Origin: Nemertoderma westbladi
Lineage: Eukaryota > Animalia > Xenacoelomorpha
Assembly (NCBI GenBank): GCA_032718475.1
Contig: JAUCBJ010006078.1
Span: 9,566 to 73,565, forward strand
Length of the DNA stretch: 64,000 nucleotides
Direction: 5' to 3'
How positions within the stretch are numbered: the stretch's first letter is position 1; every line of letters starts with the position of its first letter. A program made the position numbers and the translations under genes. Below are positions 36,401 through 49,516 of the stretch, piece by piece. The notes below the pieces were generated by a model. The model did no database searches and was not told the origin of the DNA. It was given only the letters and a program-made list of their open reading frames with translations.

Positions 36401-38962
36401 TAAATGAGATAACGATATACGTTAACAAAATATAGATCAACAAGTACGAATAATAGGCTAAACAGCAACGTCTAACGGGAAAATAAGTACCAACAACACT
36501 ACTAATAGACAGTGAAACCCACAAATTTTGAGTACTACTGTGCTTTCTTAAGTTTGAACGACGCGAGTCATAAAACTTACGTTCCTTTGATCTTCCAGTC
36601 GTACAAATTCCCAAATACAAACCGGACGTGGGTCTTTCCATTTTTCGGCGGCGCGGACGAATTTATTGTCTCCCAAACTTTGCGAAAAGCGGTCTAATCC
36701 TCGAAGCGGTCCAGAAATGAGTCCTTGAGTCCTGAAAAGGTCGAAGGTGAGAGTTTTACTTCTACGCTTACGAAAAATCTTCCTAGGTACCGATACAAAT
36801 TGGTCTTTAAACCCTATGTACCTTTTCAAGTACCGAAAAGTAACACCGCACACACACGGCGTAAAACAAAGTGCTACAAACTAACTGTTAGCTAGTCAAA
36901 TATTAAATACGAAAGTACTAGCTACCCTAAAAGCCTACTGAAGCAGGGGACGTTCTAAATTACTAAATTTACTAACCTTAAATTTTAAATATCTCCTACT
37001 TTCAAATAGCTAGCAGATCTAAACAATACTATACACTAATTTCAGAATTTGTATAATATACTTCCTACTGTTGTCAGATTGTAGTGCGCACGCACTACAA
37101 AGCGTACAGATCTAAACAATACTATACACTACGGTAGAAATACTATACACTAATTTCAGAATTTGTATAATAATACTTCCTACTGTAAGGGTCCAGTAGT
37201 ATACCGCTTACCAGATCCTAGTAACGATGTATCTTACTATGAGACTCTAGTAATGTATACGGGCTTGTACAGTATCTGACAACAAATCCCAGTCCAGGAT
37301 ATCTAAACAAACAGATACAATACACAAACGACTACTGGCGAGGAACAGAGCCTAGTATCTATTCTATGTACGTGAGCGGGTTTAATGCCTACGTACTAGA
37401 CAAAAGGATACCTGTCCTCTAACCGGTGAGGCAGATGTACAGTTACAGTAACAGACCAAACTCACGGGAAAACAATCCCCGCGCAGCGAATCCTAACTAT
37501 CACTGACAGTCCTAAATACAGTAACTTGCCGCGGTGTGATTTATATGGTTTATATACGAGCTAGGTGGTTAACAGACCTAGTGTAACAATGCTGATTACC
37601 CCTGTCTAAATCAGCCTAAAAGGTCGTGCCTAAATGTAACGATAACTGATCCCCCTGTACGAAATCAGTCTAAAGGGTCAGGCCTAAATGTAACAATACT
37701 GCTGGACAGAAATCAACAGTTTAATAACGAAAATGAAATACTCTATCTTGCCGCAACTAAATCAGATCCTAATTTTACAAATACAGATAATTTCTACCTA
37801 AAATAATGTACAGTGCGCTATAGCTAGTAGAACTTTAAAGGGCAATATGTTTTAGGGCGTGTGTGTGTGGGTGTGTTACAAATAAAACAATTTCGTGTAA
37901 TTCCTTTACTAGGTTTTAGTGATTTTCTGACTAAATGATACCGTGCGCTAGCTACTAAAATAAACTAGTCGCGTTTGTAGAACTTTATACTCACAAATGA
38001 CGTCAAAGCTCTCTCCTTCCTATCCACAACCCAATGGGCAACCACAGTGTTAGTAACTACACCCGTGATCGGCACTAATACCAGATTCTGGTTGTAAGAT
38101 AAGGAATAGGGGTTAATTGCTACCGTACGTTAGCTGATCTGGTATACTAATTTAATTCTAGAACTTTGTTGCTGCGGTAGTTAGCAGCAATACCTATCAG
38201 TACGTGGCAAGGCGCGGTAGGATATTAATAAACCTCCCTAGGCCAAGCAGTGTGCCGGTAGCAGAAATACTCCTTGCCTGATCAAATAGCTAACTCCAGA
38301 CAGGGGGGGGGGGGGGGGGGTACTAATGTACGTTCTACAAAGCGAACCGGTACCAAACAGTCAGTGCTACGAATCACTAAATTATGCTGTCCGTACCTAA
38401 TATGTACTCGCGTACTGACGAATGGCAATAGTTCGCACCTGTAGGAAGTACAGGTTAACCCAGGGGTTCGTAGGACTGACAAAGGGGGGGGGGGGGGTGT
38501 TTCTGTCTGAATATAATTATTTGATCCTAAATTTGCGGCGTCCAGTACGGCGTCACGCTTACCCTGATCTATGGGTCTTACGGCGGGCAAGGGCGTCGAA
38601 CAAAGTCTTACCTTCTCACAAAGCGGGCGCTGCATAGCAAGTGGAGTATTTCGAAGGGCAAAGGGGGTGCGCGGTCAATCCAAATGTGGGCGCTAGTGTG
38701 TTGTGGACATCTCTTCCCTGCGTTGCTTACCGCCTAACGGTCTAGGCTGCCATCTCCCTGATGTTTGGCTGTCCCAAAGTTGGACCAAAAGAAAACATGT
38801 TCAGGAATTTGCAGTATATTTACAGTTTTTACAAAGGATTTATCAAAATAAAGTTTCAACAAGAAACCGAAATAACTAATAACAATTTAGAATAACGTTA
38901 TAAGGAGAATTTTACAAAGTGGTAAGAAGTCGTAGAAGGTGATAACCGAAGGCAAACCGGCC

Positions 38963-38969
38963 TTTTATA
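38963..38969 (-). promoter_or_regulatory. TATA box of the element A 5' LTR
   Basis: TATAAAA on the minus strand with an upstream CCAAT near 39046-50. An Inr-like TCAC places +1 at 38940, 29 nt downstream. The related LTR has TATATAA at about 59966. Confidence 0.7.
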
Positions 38970-39255
38970 CTAAATATCGCACATGGAAACTAAACAGAAT
39001 TTTCCACAGCTTCACATTTGAGCAATAAAGTGCTTCGTGCCCTATGATTGGCCCAGCTCATCGTTCAACGCAGTCCGGCCCTTACACTAATCTGGGACAT
39101 GGAATCCTAACAGAATTTTCCACTGCCTCACATTTGAGCAATAAGATAATTTATGCCCTATGATTGGCCTGGCTCATCATTCGCTACGTTGTACGCTTCT
39201 CATTGGCCTACCAATTAGCACCAAACGAAAATAAATGGTCCCAAAATACAATTTT

Positions 39256-39325
39256 CCCGACCGGGATTCGAACTCGTAACCTATGTAATGTAACCAACGC
39301 CTTAACCATCTGACCACTACGCCAC
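39256..39325 (-). other. tRNA-like Pol III module (A and B boxes) inside U3 of the family A LTR
   Basis: gtggtcagatggttaaggcg...gagttcgaatccc; a homologous module is at 59715-59785 in the related LTR. Confidence 0.65.
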
Positions 39326-40271
39326 GAGAGTACCTAAGGGTTTTATGTGTACAAATATGAATAGGCATATTACATTACTGTAACTCAATCAAAATACGTC
39401 GGATTTTCGAAAGTTTTTACGTTAAAGTTAAACTACAAATGCTATCTTATAGTGAAATAATTCATCAACTATCTTACTTCTTATTTTATTATTTGCTTAT
39501 TATATTTTATTATTATTTCTTATTACATTATATTATATTCTTATTAGATTTGCCCTTATTTATTTTTTATATTTTTATGTGTGGGAAGGGCATCTCGCCC
39601 TCATTCCTACCCCACTTAGTCCAACATATTGGATGACTAAACTCTAAGGTGACCCTTCCAATAGGCAACACTTTCCCACAGCCCTCCTGTAGGTCTTCCT
39701 ATCTTTGGCCCTTATCTTCCCTCCTATCCAAGTCCGTCATGCTTCCGTCCGGGAAATACACGCATGGCATGCTGTACGTCCCCATCTCCTTTAGACTCCG
39801 CGTCCACTTGCTCCACTGTCAACTTATTTCTTCCGGGACTTCCGTATCCCACTCAACCTTTAACTTATATACTTTCTTTAGTATTTGCTTCCCCGTGACT
39901 AACAATGGGGATGCTAGGGCTAGGGGATCGTATATCCTTGCTATGTACGATACATAGCCCCGCTTAGTGTGGATCTCTGCACCCTCTTGGCTCAGTTGAT
40001 ACTCCAACTCGTCCATCTCCCAGTTCCACACGATCCCTAGTGCCTTTTGCTGCGACTCCACTCTCTTGTTCTCCATAACCTGTCCCTTTCTTGTTGTGGG
40101 ATTGTCCATGGTCGACTCTGGTCGTTTGTCTTCTATGGCCTTCATAAATTCCTCAGAGCTGGACTGGAACTTAGTAAGGTTGAACCCGGATCCTTTTAGG
40201 ATGTCACGAACCTCGCGTCCTATCTCCAGTATCTCTTCAACCGTGTTTCCAGATCCCATCCCATCATCTAC

Positions 40272-40529
40272 CTCCGCTATGCAGGACATTGCTTTCGCCG
40301 TGAGGACCAGCCAGTGCATAATCTTGTACTTTGGCAGCCTCATGGAGTGAATAAGCATGGTGGACAGCCCATGACTTTCTTGAGACGCATCTTAAAAGAC
40401 ACTGGCCTTAAAGATGCGGATGATCTAGCAAATGTCATGGGTGATAGGGAGTTGTGGCGGTGCAATTTTGTTGACAAGCCGGCACAGCATTCTTAAAAAT
40501 GCAGCTGCAATGCAGCATGCATGCTAGTA
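40272..40529 (+). mobile_element. 3' fragment of the same RTE family as 10575-11500, inserted in the B2 RT
   Basis: Shares gcaggacattgctttcgccgtgagg...gcattcttaaaaatgcagctgcaatgc; 9-bp TSD atcatctac at 40263-71 and 40530-38. Confidence 0.88.
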
Positions 40530-43500
40530 ATCATCTACATAGAAACCGCATTGAATCATGTCGATCGCCTTAGCACTATACTCTCCTTCCTTACCTTCTA
40601 CCGTATCTCTCACAGCTGTAGTCGTTGTAAATGAGGACGACTTGGCCCCCATGTTTTGCACCACCATTTTGTACATCGGTTTCTCAGACGGTTCTTCATT
40701 GCCGTTATACCATATGAAGCTTTGACTATCGCTGTCTTCTTCCATCACACGGACTTGGTTGAACATGCCTTCAACGTCACATGTGAAGGCGTGCCTCCCA
40801 TTTCTGAATCTCAACAGGACCTCTATCCCTGAGTTGTAGATGTTGGGGCCCTCCAGCAGATAGTCGTTCAGGCTCTTGCCACCGTCGCATCGATGGTGGC
40901 GTCACGTCGCGTTGACGCGTCGACCACCATCCGCAGTTTACCCTTCTTTGGATCTAAAGCCACGTGCAGTGGCAGATAGTAGGTTCTGTCTGTGTTTGGT
41001 TCGTCGACTGGTAACTCCACGGCCCACCCCTTTTCAACGTATTTCTTGATTGTCTTGTGGATGTACTCATCCTTCTCGGGGCTCCATCTGAGCGTCTGTT
41101 TCAGTTTGCGAAGCCCCGTGAGTACCATCCCTATGTTATCTGGTAATGGCATCTTTGGTTGTTTCCACACCATCCCTATGGTGTACTGTCCAACTTCGCA
41201 CTTCATCGACTCCTTTACACTCTCTATCGCTTGTTTATCTTCTACTGAGGTTCCAACCCCGGCCTCCTTTAATCCTTCGAAGTCCTGCTGCTGCAGCCTC
41301 TTAAGTTGTTCCTCTGCTCCTTCATCCTCCATCTCCCTCATTGTGCCTGCGAACATGCACCCTGATGTCTCCGACACCCTGAATGGAATCTTGGTTTTAA
41401 TTGGGCCGCTAAGCGTCCATCCGAATGGCGTAAGAATCGCCATCGGATCCACTGCTTATTCTCTCTGAATATGGTCCGTACTCTCTCGTGGGCCGTCGGA
41501 CAATCTATTCTGACTATGATGGATACCTTTGAGACGTCCACTTCCGGTATTGAGAAATCGATTTCGTCCAGGAACCGGTATTGCTCGACCTCGATCCTGG
41601 TGGGTCGCCTGGCATTTATATTAACCGATTCTATTATTTGAATGGGGTCGATGGTCGCCCCATAATCACATCCTGGTGCTATTGCTGATATCTCGCACCG
41701 TCCCATTCTCATCTCCAGGACCTCATCCTTGCTCAAGATAGTAGTTACCACCATCCTACTCGGCGTTGTCTGCAACCCTATCTCTTCAGCCACCCAATTC
41801 TCCACCAGCGTGAAGGCTGCTCCACTGTCGACCAGCATCAATGTTGTGACTGATCAGCCGCTTTCTCCTATCACCCTCACCAGTACTACCCCGAGTAGTA
41901 CTGTTCCCCTTCTCTTCGTTCCTATGGTGCTTGTCGCCATCGTTTGACCTTTGCTTTGACCGAATCTTATTGGTGTCTCCTTACACTGTTCAACTTTGTG
42001 TCCGCCTACCACACATCGATGACAGATTCCACTTCTGTCCGCATATTCTACCTGATCTTGTTTGGGCAACACCTGCCAATACTTGCAGTTCATAGTCTGA
42101 TGGAGTGCGTTTGAGTGTAATTGGCATTTGTTTCTCGGATTATAGCCTTCTCTATACAGTGCATTGCGTATCGCTCATATATTCATACTTAGCTGTCTAG
42201 CATTCTTATTATTTGGGTTTGGCCTACTGGGCGTGTTGGGGTTATATTTGTTTGTGTTATTATTTTGTCCCTGTTCATGCCACGGTGTGGCCCTAACCCC
42301 GGCTATCTGTGGACTTGCAGTCCCCTATGTCACCACATATGGTAGCGATTGTCTGAACTTCGGTAATGCATTTGCTGCACTATGCTCTGGTTTCAGCCTA
42401 TTGTATTCGGTTCTCGGCACCCTCCACAGACTATCCTCGCTGTAGACTGGGTCCGCGATTAGTCCGCCTCGTAATTGAGGAAGTTCAACATTTCCTCTAG
42501 GCCTGGTTCCGCACCTTTCTTCTCCCGGGTGGAGAAGGCAATCTTTCTCCACTTGTTTCTTAGCCAGATCGGTAGTGCCTGCACTATTGTGGTGATGTTG
42601 TTCGAAGCGTTGAGTTCATAAGGCCATCTAAGGTCTTTAGCACAATCAGCTTTATTTGCGAAAGTCTTGATGCTGACAGTGTTATCCTGAAGTCCACCTG
42701 ATGTTATTACCATTAAGGTTTGTCGGATGATCTTAGCAGGATGTCCGAATTCCCTGTCTAGGGCCCGCCATGCAGTCTTGAATCCACCTTCGCTACCTTG
42801 GTACTGCCTTACGATGTCGTATGCTGGCCCCCCTGTGTAAACTTGTAAGTATTTTGGGCACTCCGCCTGCGTCAGGTTCTTTGTTAATATTTCATTACTG
42901 TACATACGTCAGCATTGCAGATATTCCTCCAGTTTGCTTCCATAGAATTTGAACAGTTCCACTGGTGGCAGCTCGATCCTGGGCTTAAGCGCGTCGATGA
43001 GTGTTGCCACTCCCATCGCTTGTACTTCTAGTGCGCTCGATGGATGCTGTGCAGATTCCCCTGCTGCTGGGTGTGGTTTGCCCGTCAGGCCTGTCGACCT
43101 TTTCTGCGTTGGATATATCATTGGGGGTAACGGTCCCCTCCATATCTCTGTATCACATGACTTATTTTGGTCCGAGGGGTTTGGGGTTTTTGTTCTTGGT
43201 TGAGTATATTGCTGATATTGTAATGGGGGAATGTCACCCTGCCCCCCCCCCCCCCCCCACCGGTGTTATATTTGGTATTGGGGTTGATGTTACCATGTTA
43301 GGGCCCATACATCTATCGGAAATAGCTCCCCCTTCCCCTGGGTATATATTATATCCTTGCATATTATAGTCATACTGGTGTGCAGGTACCGGTATAGGCC
43401 TATCCACTTCTTGCCTAACTACCGGTATGTATGCCGCGACTTCCGGATCTAATCCCGTTGTCCACGTTACCCTATCGCCTACACTATCTCTTCCAGCATG

Positions 43501-45305
43501 GCCTATAGTATGTGCAGTTACGGCCTACAGTATGTCCTGCAGTCTGCCTTTGTCCTTCTGGACCGAAGTTTAATCTTCTCAAATATTCCAGGAAGTCCTC
43601 CCTGCGACTACCGTACTCTCGATCAACAGCTATGTCCCATTGGGAAGTTTCTCCTCGATCCCATCTCCGGTCCTCGTCCTCATACCGGTACATCCTGCAC
43701 TCTTCTCCTGGTGTGTGGTATATCTCACCAGGCTGCGTCACTCCAGGGCGACAGCAATCTCCCGGAGTTCGACCACACTGACTCTCTAACTCCATCTCTG
43801 CTACCGATGACTCACTGTCCATCCTTCCTCTCTGGTTGCTCGTAGCAACGCTTCTTTTATTCTCCCCACCTCTTCTCACTTCAGTGCAGTAATCATCCCC
43901 GTGAGATCTCGCTTCAACCTCCCAGATAAACTCTACTGCTCCTCTTCTGTCTTCCAACAGGGCTCGACGTCTTCCCGCTCGCCCGCCCATGGCGCCAACG
44001 TCTCTCTCTCTGCCCGGTTGGATGTTCCTGGGGACACTCGCAATTCCCCTACTATTCTCTGTCGTTGGGTACCGTGGTTCACCTAACTCGCCGCGCGCAC
44101 TGTCCGCCGACGCTTGTGGGACATTCTCTGCCCCCCCCCCCCCCTCACGCCACTAATCTCTCGTGGTGGGGTGCCCGTAGCCCCCCCCCCCCCCATTCGC
44201 CAACTCCTACTTTGCTACCTGTTACTTCGCCTCTACGCCCCTCTCTAGTCGACGCACTATCTCTACCCTGGCTGGGTCTACTCACCCCAGCCTCTCCCTG
44301 CGCCTCTCTCACTGCATGGCCTTGCAGGCTCCCATTGGGTTGACTCGCCCCCTCTACTCTCTGTGCGACTACGTGGCCTTGCAGGCTCTCGTTGGCCGGA
44401 CCACCTGTCTCCCCTACGTTCGTATTAATTGCACCGTTATTGATAATATTATTTTGATTAATTTCCTCGGGGTTATTACCTAACGTAACGTTGTTACCTA
44501 AATTATTTAAATTATTTTGTTTGGAATTAGGGTTATTATTTGGATTATTTTGCACATTTAAATTAGAATCATTATTTGGATTGTTTTGCACATTTAAATT
44601 AGAATTATTATTTGGATTATTATGCATATTTAAATTAGAATTATTATTTGGATTATTTTGCACATTTAAATTAGAATCATTATTACCGGGTAAAATATTA
44701 TTTCTATTTCCTGCAACAAAGGTTTGATTAGGGTTGTCTATTAGGGTACTATCAATATTAATTCCTTCTAACGTATTATTATTAAACCCCCCCCCCCTCC
44801 CCCGCCCGTACGGTTATACCAGTCCTGGGTCTGTCGTCCGGTACCTGTAAGTGGGGATTAACAAAGGTCTCCATTACTTCTGGCTCCTTGTAAATGCTAC
44901 CCGAACCAGCCTCACTCTCTGATAATCCCAACTTCACCAGATCTAACTGGCGTTTTTGCTTCGCCTGGTATTGCATAAGCCCCCTCAACCAGGTATGCAT
45001 ATCATCCCGCATGTGCTTTCCATCTCTCTCTCTCTCTCTCTCTGTCCTCTCTCAAACTTTGGTTCGCTAATTCTGCCTCCCTCGCCTCCCACTCTCTACG
45101 CTCGTTAACTTCTCTCTCTACCCTCGCTGCCTCTTTCGCTTCTCGCTCTTTGCGCTCATTTTCTATTCTCACCTCCCGCTCTCTGCACTCGTTTTCTACT
45201 TTCGCCTCCAATTCCTCGCGCTCTTTACGCTCACTCATCTCTTTTTCCTCCCTCTCCCTGCAGTTTATCGCCACCCTCTCGGCTCTCTGTCTACATTCAC
45301 TCGCT

Positions 45306-45384
<79 letters not shown>

Positions 45385-45947
45385 ATAATGCGGTTCCCTC
45401 ATCTAATTGCCTCTCCAACTCCTTCTGATCCAGCACCACAATGTCTAGTTGATACACCAGATCTATCTCTAACACCCTTTTTGTTTTCGCGGAGGATGTA
45501 GTGGACTTATCGGTTGCGACGATTATCGGTCGCCTCTCTGTCCTACTAACTTTCCCCCATTTCCTGGGGTTTTCGCTAACCGACGACACCGAATCCTTGG
45601 GATTAACCTTGGGTTCGCCTCCGTGCGGGTCCGCCCATCCCACTAACTTAATTCCCTTAGCATCCACTAAGTAAGGCCCTGTGTACACTACGTCTGGCTC
45701 CATTACCTTGGACCGCCACAATTTAAACAGTTCCATGGCGACCCCCCTCGCTCTCTCACTCGCCAGTTCTCCCTGTCCAAAACAGACTAAATAACGAAAA
45801 TGTTTAATCAACTCACCTAACCTCTGGTATAGCTTAGGCTGGTCTACCTTTCTCCCCTCCTTAGCCTCTTTGAGTAGTTTCTTGGTGGCGTTGTAGGCCC
45901 CTCGTAGCCAATCACTCACCCCGACGTCCTCTTCGTCGACTCTACCT

Positions 45948-46272
45948 AGTAAGGCGTAAAACCTGGTATTCTTTACATGGGCGTAAAACCTGGTATTATT
46001 TACATGGGTGTAAAACCTGGTATTCTTTACGTGGGTGGAGAACCTGGTATTCTTTATTTTGGCGGGGAACCTGGTATTCTTTACATTGGCGTAAAACCTG
46101 GTATTCTTTACATGGGCGTAAAACCTGGTATTCTTTACGTGGGCGGAAAACCTGGTATTCTTTACATGGGCAGAAAACCTGGTATTCTTTACATGGGCGT
46201 AAAACTTGGTATTCTTTACGTGGGTGGAAAACCTGGTATTCTTTACGTGGGCGGAAAACCTGGTATTCATTA
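45948..46272. repeat. 27-bp minisatellite (about 12 copies) between two copies of a 326-bp gag segment
   Basis: Unit ggcgtaaaacctggtattctttacatg; flanking duplicates at 45622-45947 and 46273-46598. Confidence 0.92.
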
Positions 46273-46873
46273 CGTGCGGGTCCGCCCATCCCACTAACTT
46301 AATTTCCCTAGCATCCACTAAGTAAGGCCCTACGTACACTACGTCTGGCTCCATTACCTTGGACCGCCACAATTCAAACAGTTCCGTGGCGACCCCCCTC
46401 ACTCTCTCACTCGTCAGTTCTCCCTGTCCAAAACAGACTAAATAACGAAAATGTTTATTCAACTCACCTAGCCTCTGGTATAGTTTAGGCTGGTCTACCT
46501 TTCTCCCCTCCTTAGCCTCTTTGAGTAGTTTCTTGGTGGCGTTGTAGGCCCGTTGTAGCCAATCACTCATCCCGACGTCCTCTTCATCGACTCTACCTTC
46601 TCTCCTCGTCTGGCGTCCTACCGGCAGCCCCACCATCGCCGTACCGGTGGGCCATCCGTCACCCTCGGCCTGTGGTTGGCCGTCGATTTCGGAACTCCGA
46701 CCGCTGTCATCGTCATGCGTCGACTCGTCCCTCTCTCGTGGTTGACGGCCGCCCTCCGCTTGGGTAGCCGGATCGTCCCTCGTTGGTGAATCCGGCGTCG
46801 CAGGCTGATACCGTCTCGTCGCGGCCTCTCAGATGGTTTGGTTGGTGTCATCCGGGGTCTGAGGTGGTGTTCT

Positions 46874-48893
46874 GGTAATCAATAGTATAGCAAAACTCTA
46901 TGATATGGTTCTTACGAATAGATTATATGCTTGGTACAAGCCCCTACCAGAACAAGCGGGAGCGAGTAAGGGCCGCGGTTGCTTAGAGCAGATCCTTGCG
47001 ATTAGATTACTGTGCGATTATGCCAGGAAGTACAAAAAGATTTTGTACATAATATTTGTAGACTATGAAAAAGCGTATGACAATGTTAAAAGGTGTTTTA
47101 TGTTTGATACGTTAAAGAACCTCGGATGTGGATGTAAAATGCTTAATGCATTACAGGCCATGTACAAAATAACAGTCGCCAACATTAACAAGCTCCACGT
47201 TATTTGTAATAGAGGCGTTCGCCAAGGATCTCCAGGAAGCTGCTACCTATTTGTAATAGTTATAGACTTCTTCGTACGCACTTTGAAACGTCTGCCTTTT
47301 GATGATTGGCTGAAATCTTTACATAGCGTACTCCTAATGGATGATACGGCAATTCTTGGAACAAGCAGACTTTCTATATTGGATAAGTTAAAAGTTCTAC
47401 GTAATTTTTGTTCCCTATCTGGCATGGTAATTAATATTAAAAAAACCAAATTCCTAGTGATAAATGGAGCAGAAAGCGATAAAAACTCCTTTGATATCGG
47501 CGAAAAAGAAATAGTAAATACAGATTCGTACATTTACCTGGGCTCACCAATAACTTCAGATGGTTTAATATCTACAGTAATTTCCCTCAACGCCTCTGAA
47601 AAGCAGTGTCACCTATTAAAATTTTCGACATTTCTAAATAAGAACCCAGACTTACCTTTCGTTGTGAAAAGGAAAGTTTTTGACGCCGCAGTGATCTCTG
47701 CTATAACTTACGGTTGTGAAACCTGGTACGGGGGTTCATTGGCCCCTATGTCTAAATTGTATATGTCTATGGTAAGGCTACTATTGGGTGTTCGACCTAC
47801 CACGTGCGGCGACATCTGCCTTATCGAATTGGGACTCCCAGAGTTCGAAACCTTAATCCGTGATAAACAGCGGAAATATCTGAATAGTTTTATTCCAGTC
47901 GCCGACTCTCCATTGCAGATGGCCTTGGAAATCGGCCGGGATAACAGCTCACCCATGTTTATCGAGGTGGATCGAGTAAAGAACCTCCCGTCGGATTACA
48001 GTAAAATCCAGAACGATAAGCTGAAAAATGACGTGTTTAAGTCTGTAACAACAAAACGTCATCTGTATAAGTTAGTGAATCCGTTGTTAACTTCGCCGCA
48101 ATTGTACAAAGACTGCAAAGTTCCGGAGCGGTACCGTCTAGCGTGGTCGAGATTTAGGCTGGGTAGCCACAGCTTCCCCGTAGAACGAATGAGGTGGGCC
48201 AGGGTACGAGATACTGAGCGCTTCTGTGTATGTGGAGCTATCCAGACGGAACAACATATTGTTACCGTTTGCCCATTTACTGAGCGATCCAGGAGACATG
48301 TCAATGGAAGCTGGTCTGATTTAACAAGTTTATTTGGTTTAGGTAATCAAGTGGAGGTAGCTAAAATGATCGAAAGTATGACCCACGATTATTAATAAGT
48401 GACTAAGTAACAAATAGCGAATTATTTATTGGATGGAGCGCGATTCGAGTATTTAGTATAATGTAATTTTCATTTATATATTTTATGAACCTACTGACCA
48501 TAATTATTTAATTAAGTGGAACATGATAAATTGTGAAAGAAGCACTGTTCTTTATTTATTTACATAATATTATTTATTTATTTTAACTATAACTTTTTAT
48601 TACAATACACTAGACCCAGTATCACACGGCTTGACAATTATTTAGATATAACATATTTATTCATTTAATTATATTAGACCCAGCATCGCACGACTTGACA
48701 GTTAATTAGAGATGTACTCGTAAGTAGGTACTTTTATTGTGCTATTTCTGTTCGGAATTTAAATATTTAATTTTTTCTGGTAAATCTCTTTATATTATGG
48801 TCGGCACTACCGCTTCAATCATGTATACTGTTAATTATTGTGCAAGTATTGAACTGTATAGAGAAGTGTAGACAATAAACAATCAATCAATCA
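46874..48893 (+). mobile_element. 5'-truncated LINE (RTE-X-like) with an open 496-aa RT C-terminal ORF at 46905-48395
   Basis: EQAG, FVDYEKAYDNV, GVRQG, LLMDDT, KKTK, YIYLG, RFRLGSH and CVCGAIQTEQHIVTVCP; 3' UTR ends with AATAAA and (AATC)n. Confidence 0.88.
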
Positions 48894-49516
48894 CCCCCCT
48901 CTGACTGTCGGGGTATTCCTCCTTCACTCACTTGTCTTGCAGTCACAGCTTCAGTTGTAGGTGGCTGTTTATGACTGTGACAGGATCGTTGATCCCGACC
49001 GGGTTAGATTAAGTACACGTCACCATTCTGCTGGGGCTGTTGAGCTACTGGTCGTTTTGGTTCAAGGCCGTCAGGGAAAATAACAGAGTTTCGTGTTTCT
49101 CAATATTAATGTTCCGAATGATAATAGCACAGAATCAGTATGTAATGAATATCATGATACAGAATGACAGCATTAAATCAGTAATAAATATTGATTGGTG
49201 GCGGTGATGGTCATAAACTATAACCGGTGTGCAACTCTGTGATTAATGAACTGACCGGTAAATCAGTAATACAGAATAGTTATAGGATTGATACACACAG
49301 ATATTGGTTTCACCTCTTACTCTACTTGGCCTTCTGTACCCAGTGGATGCTTTCCTATCCCTGTTCACGTGCTTCCCTCCCTGCTATTGCCTAATATAAT
49401 AATTGTCACTTTGACACCTCCGAGGTGGTTTGACCTCTCATCTCTCTCTGTGGCTTTAGGGCTTGTGTCTCCCCCCCCCCCCCTCCCAAAGTTGGTTATG
49501 AGACGAGATTATTATT

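Larger units (their letters stand above)
21924..39467 (-). mobile_element. BEL/Pao family A element (17.5 kb) nested in B2
   Basis: TSD ACTAT at 21919-23 and 39468-72. 5' LTR 37184-39467; 3' LTR 21924-23710, with U3 and PPT missing. The LTRs are nearly identical over about 1.8 kb. Gag-pol at 27234-36123 plus two extra ORFs. Confidence 0.92.
39780..46870 (-). pseudogene. Decayed gag-protease-RT of element B2; RNase H and integrase deleted
   Basis: ELPPVELFKF, CHRCVVGGHKVEQC, LVDSGA, LTPFGWTLSG, YYLPLH, CDVEGMFNQV, FYVDD, IYDPL; many stops and frameshifts. Confidence 0.9.

Noticed and set aside
38441-38450. Perfect 10-nt complement of the family A PBS inside the LTR
   Set aside because: It lies about 500 nt downstream of the predicted TSS within a hairpin and is altered in the related LTR. 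It is less likely to be the primer than the TSS-proximal 9-mers, though not excluded.
39079-39091. Element A ending at 39086
   Set aside because: The flank ctaat does not match ACTAT; the TSD and homology to the 59575 LTR place the end at 39467.
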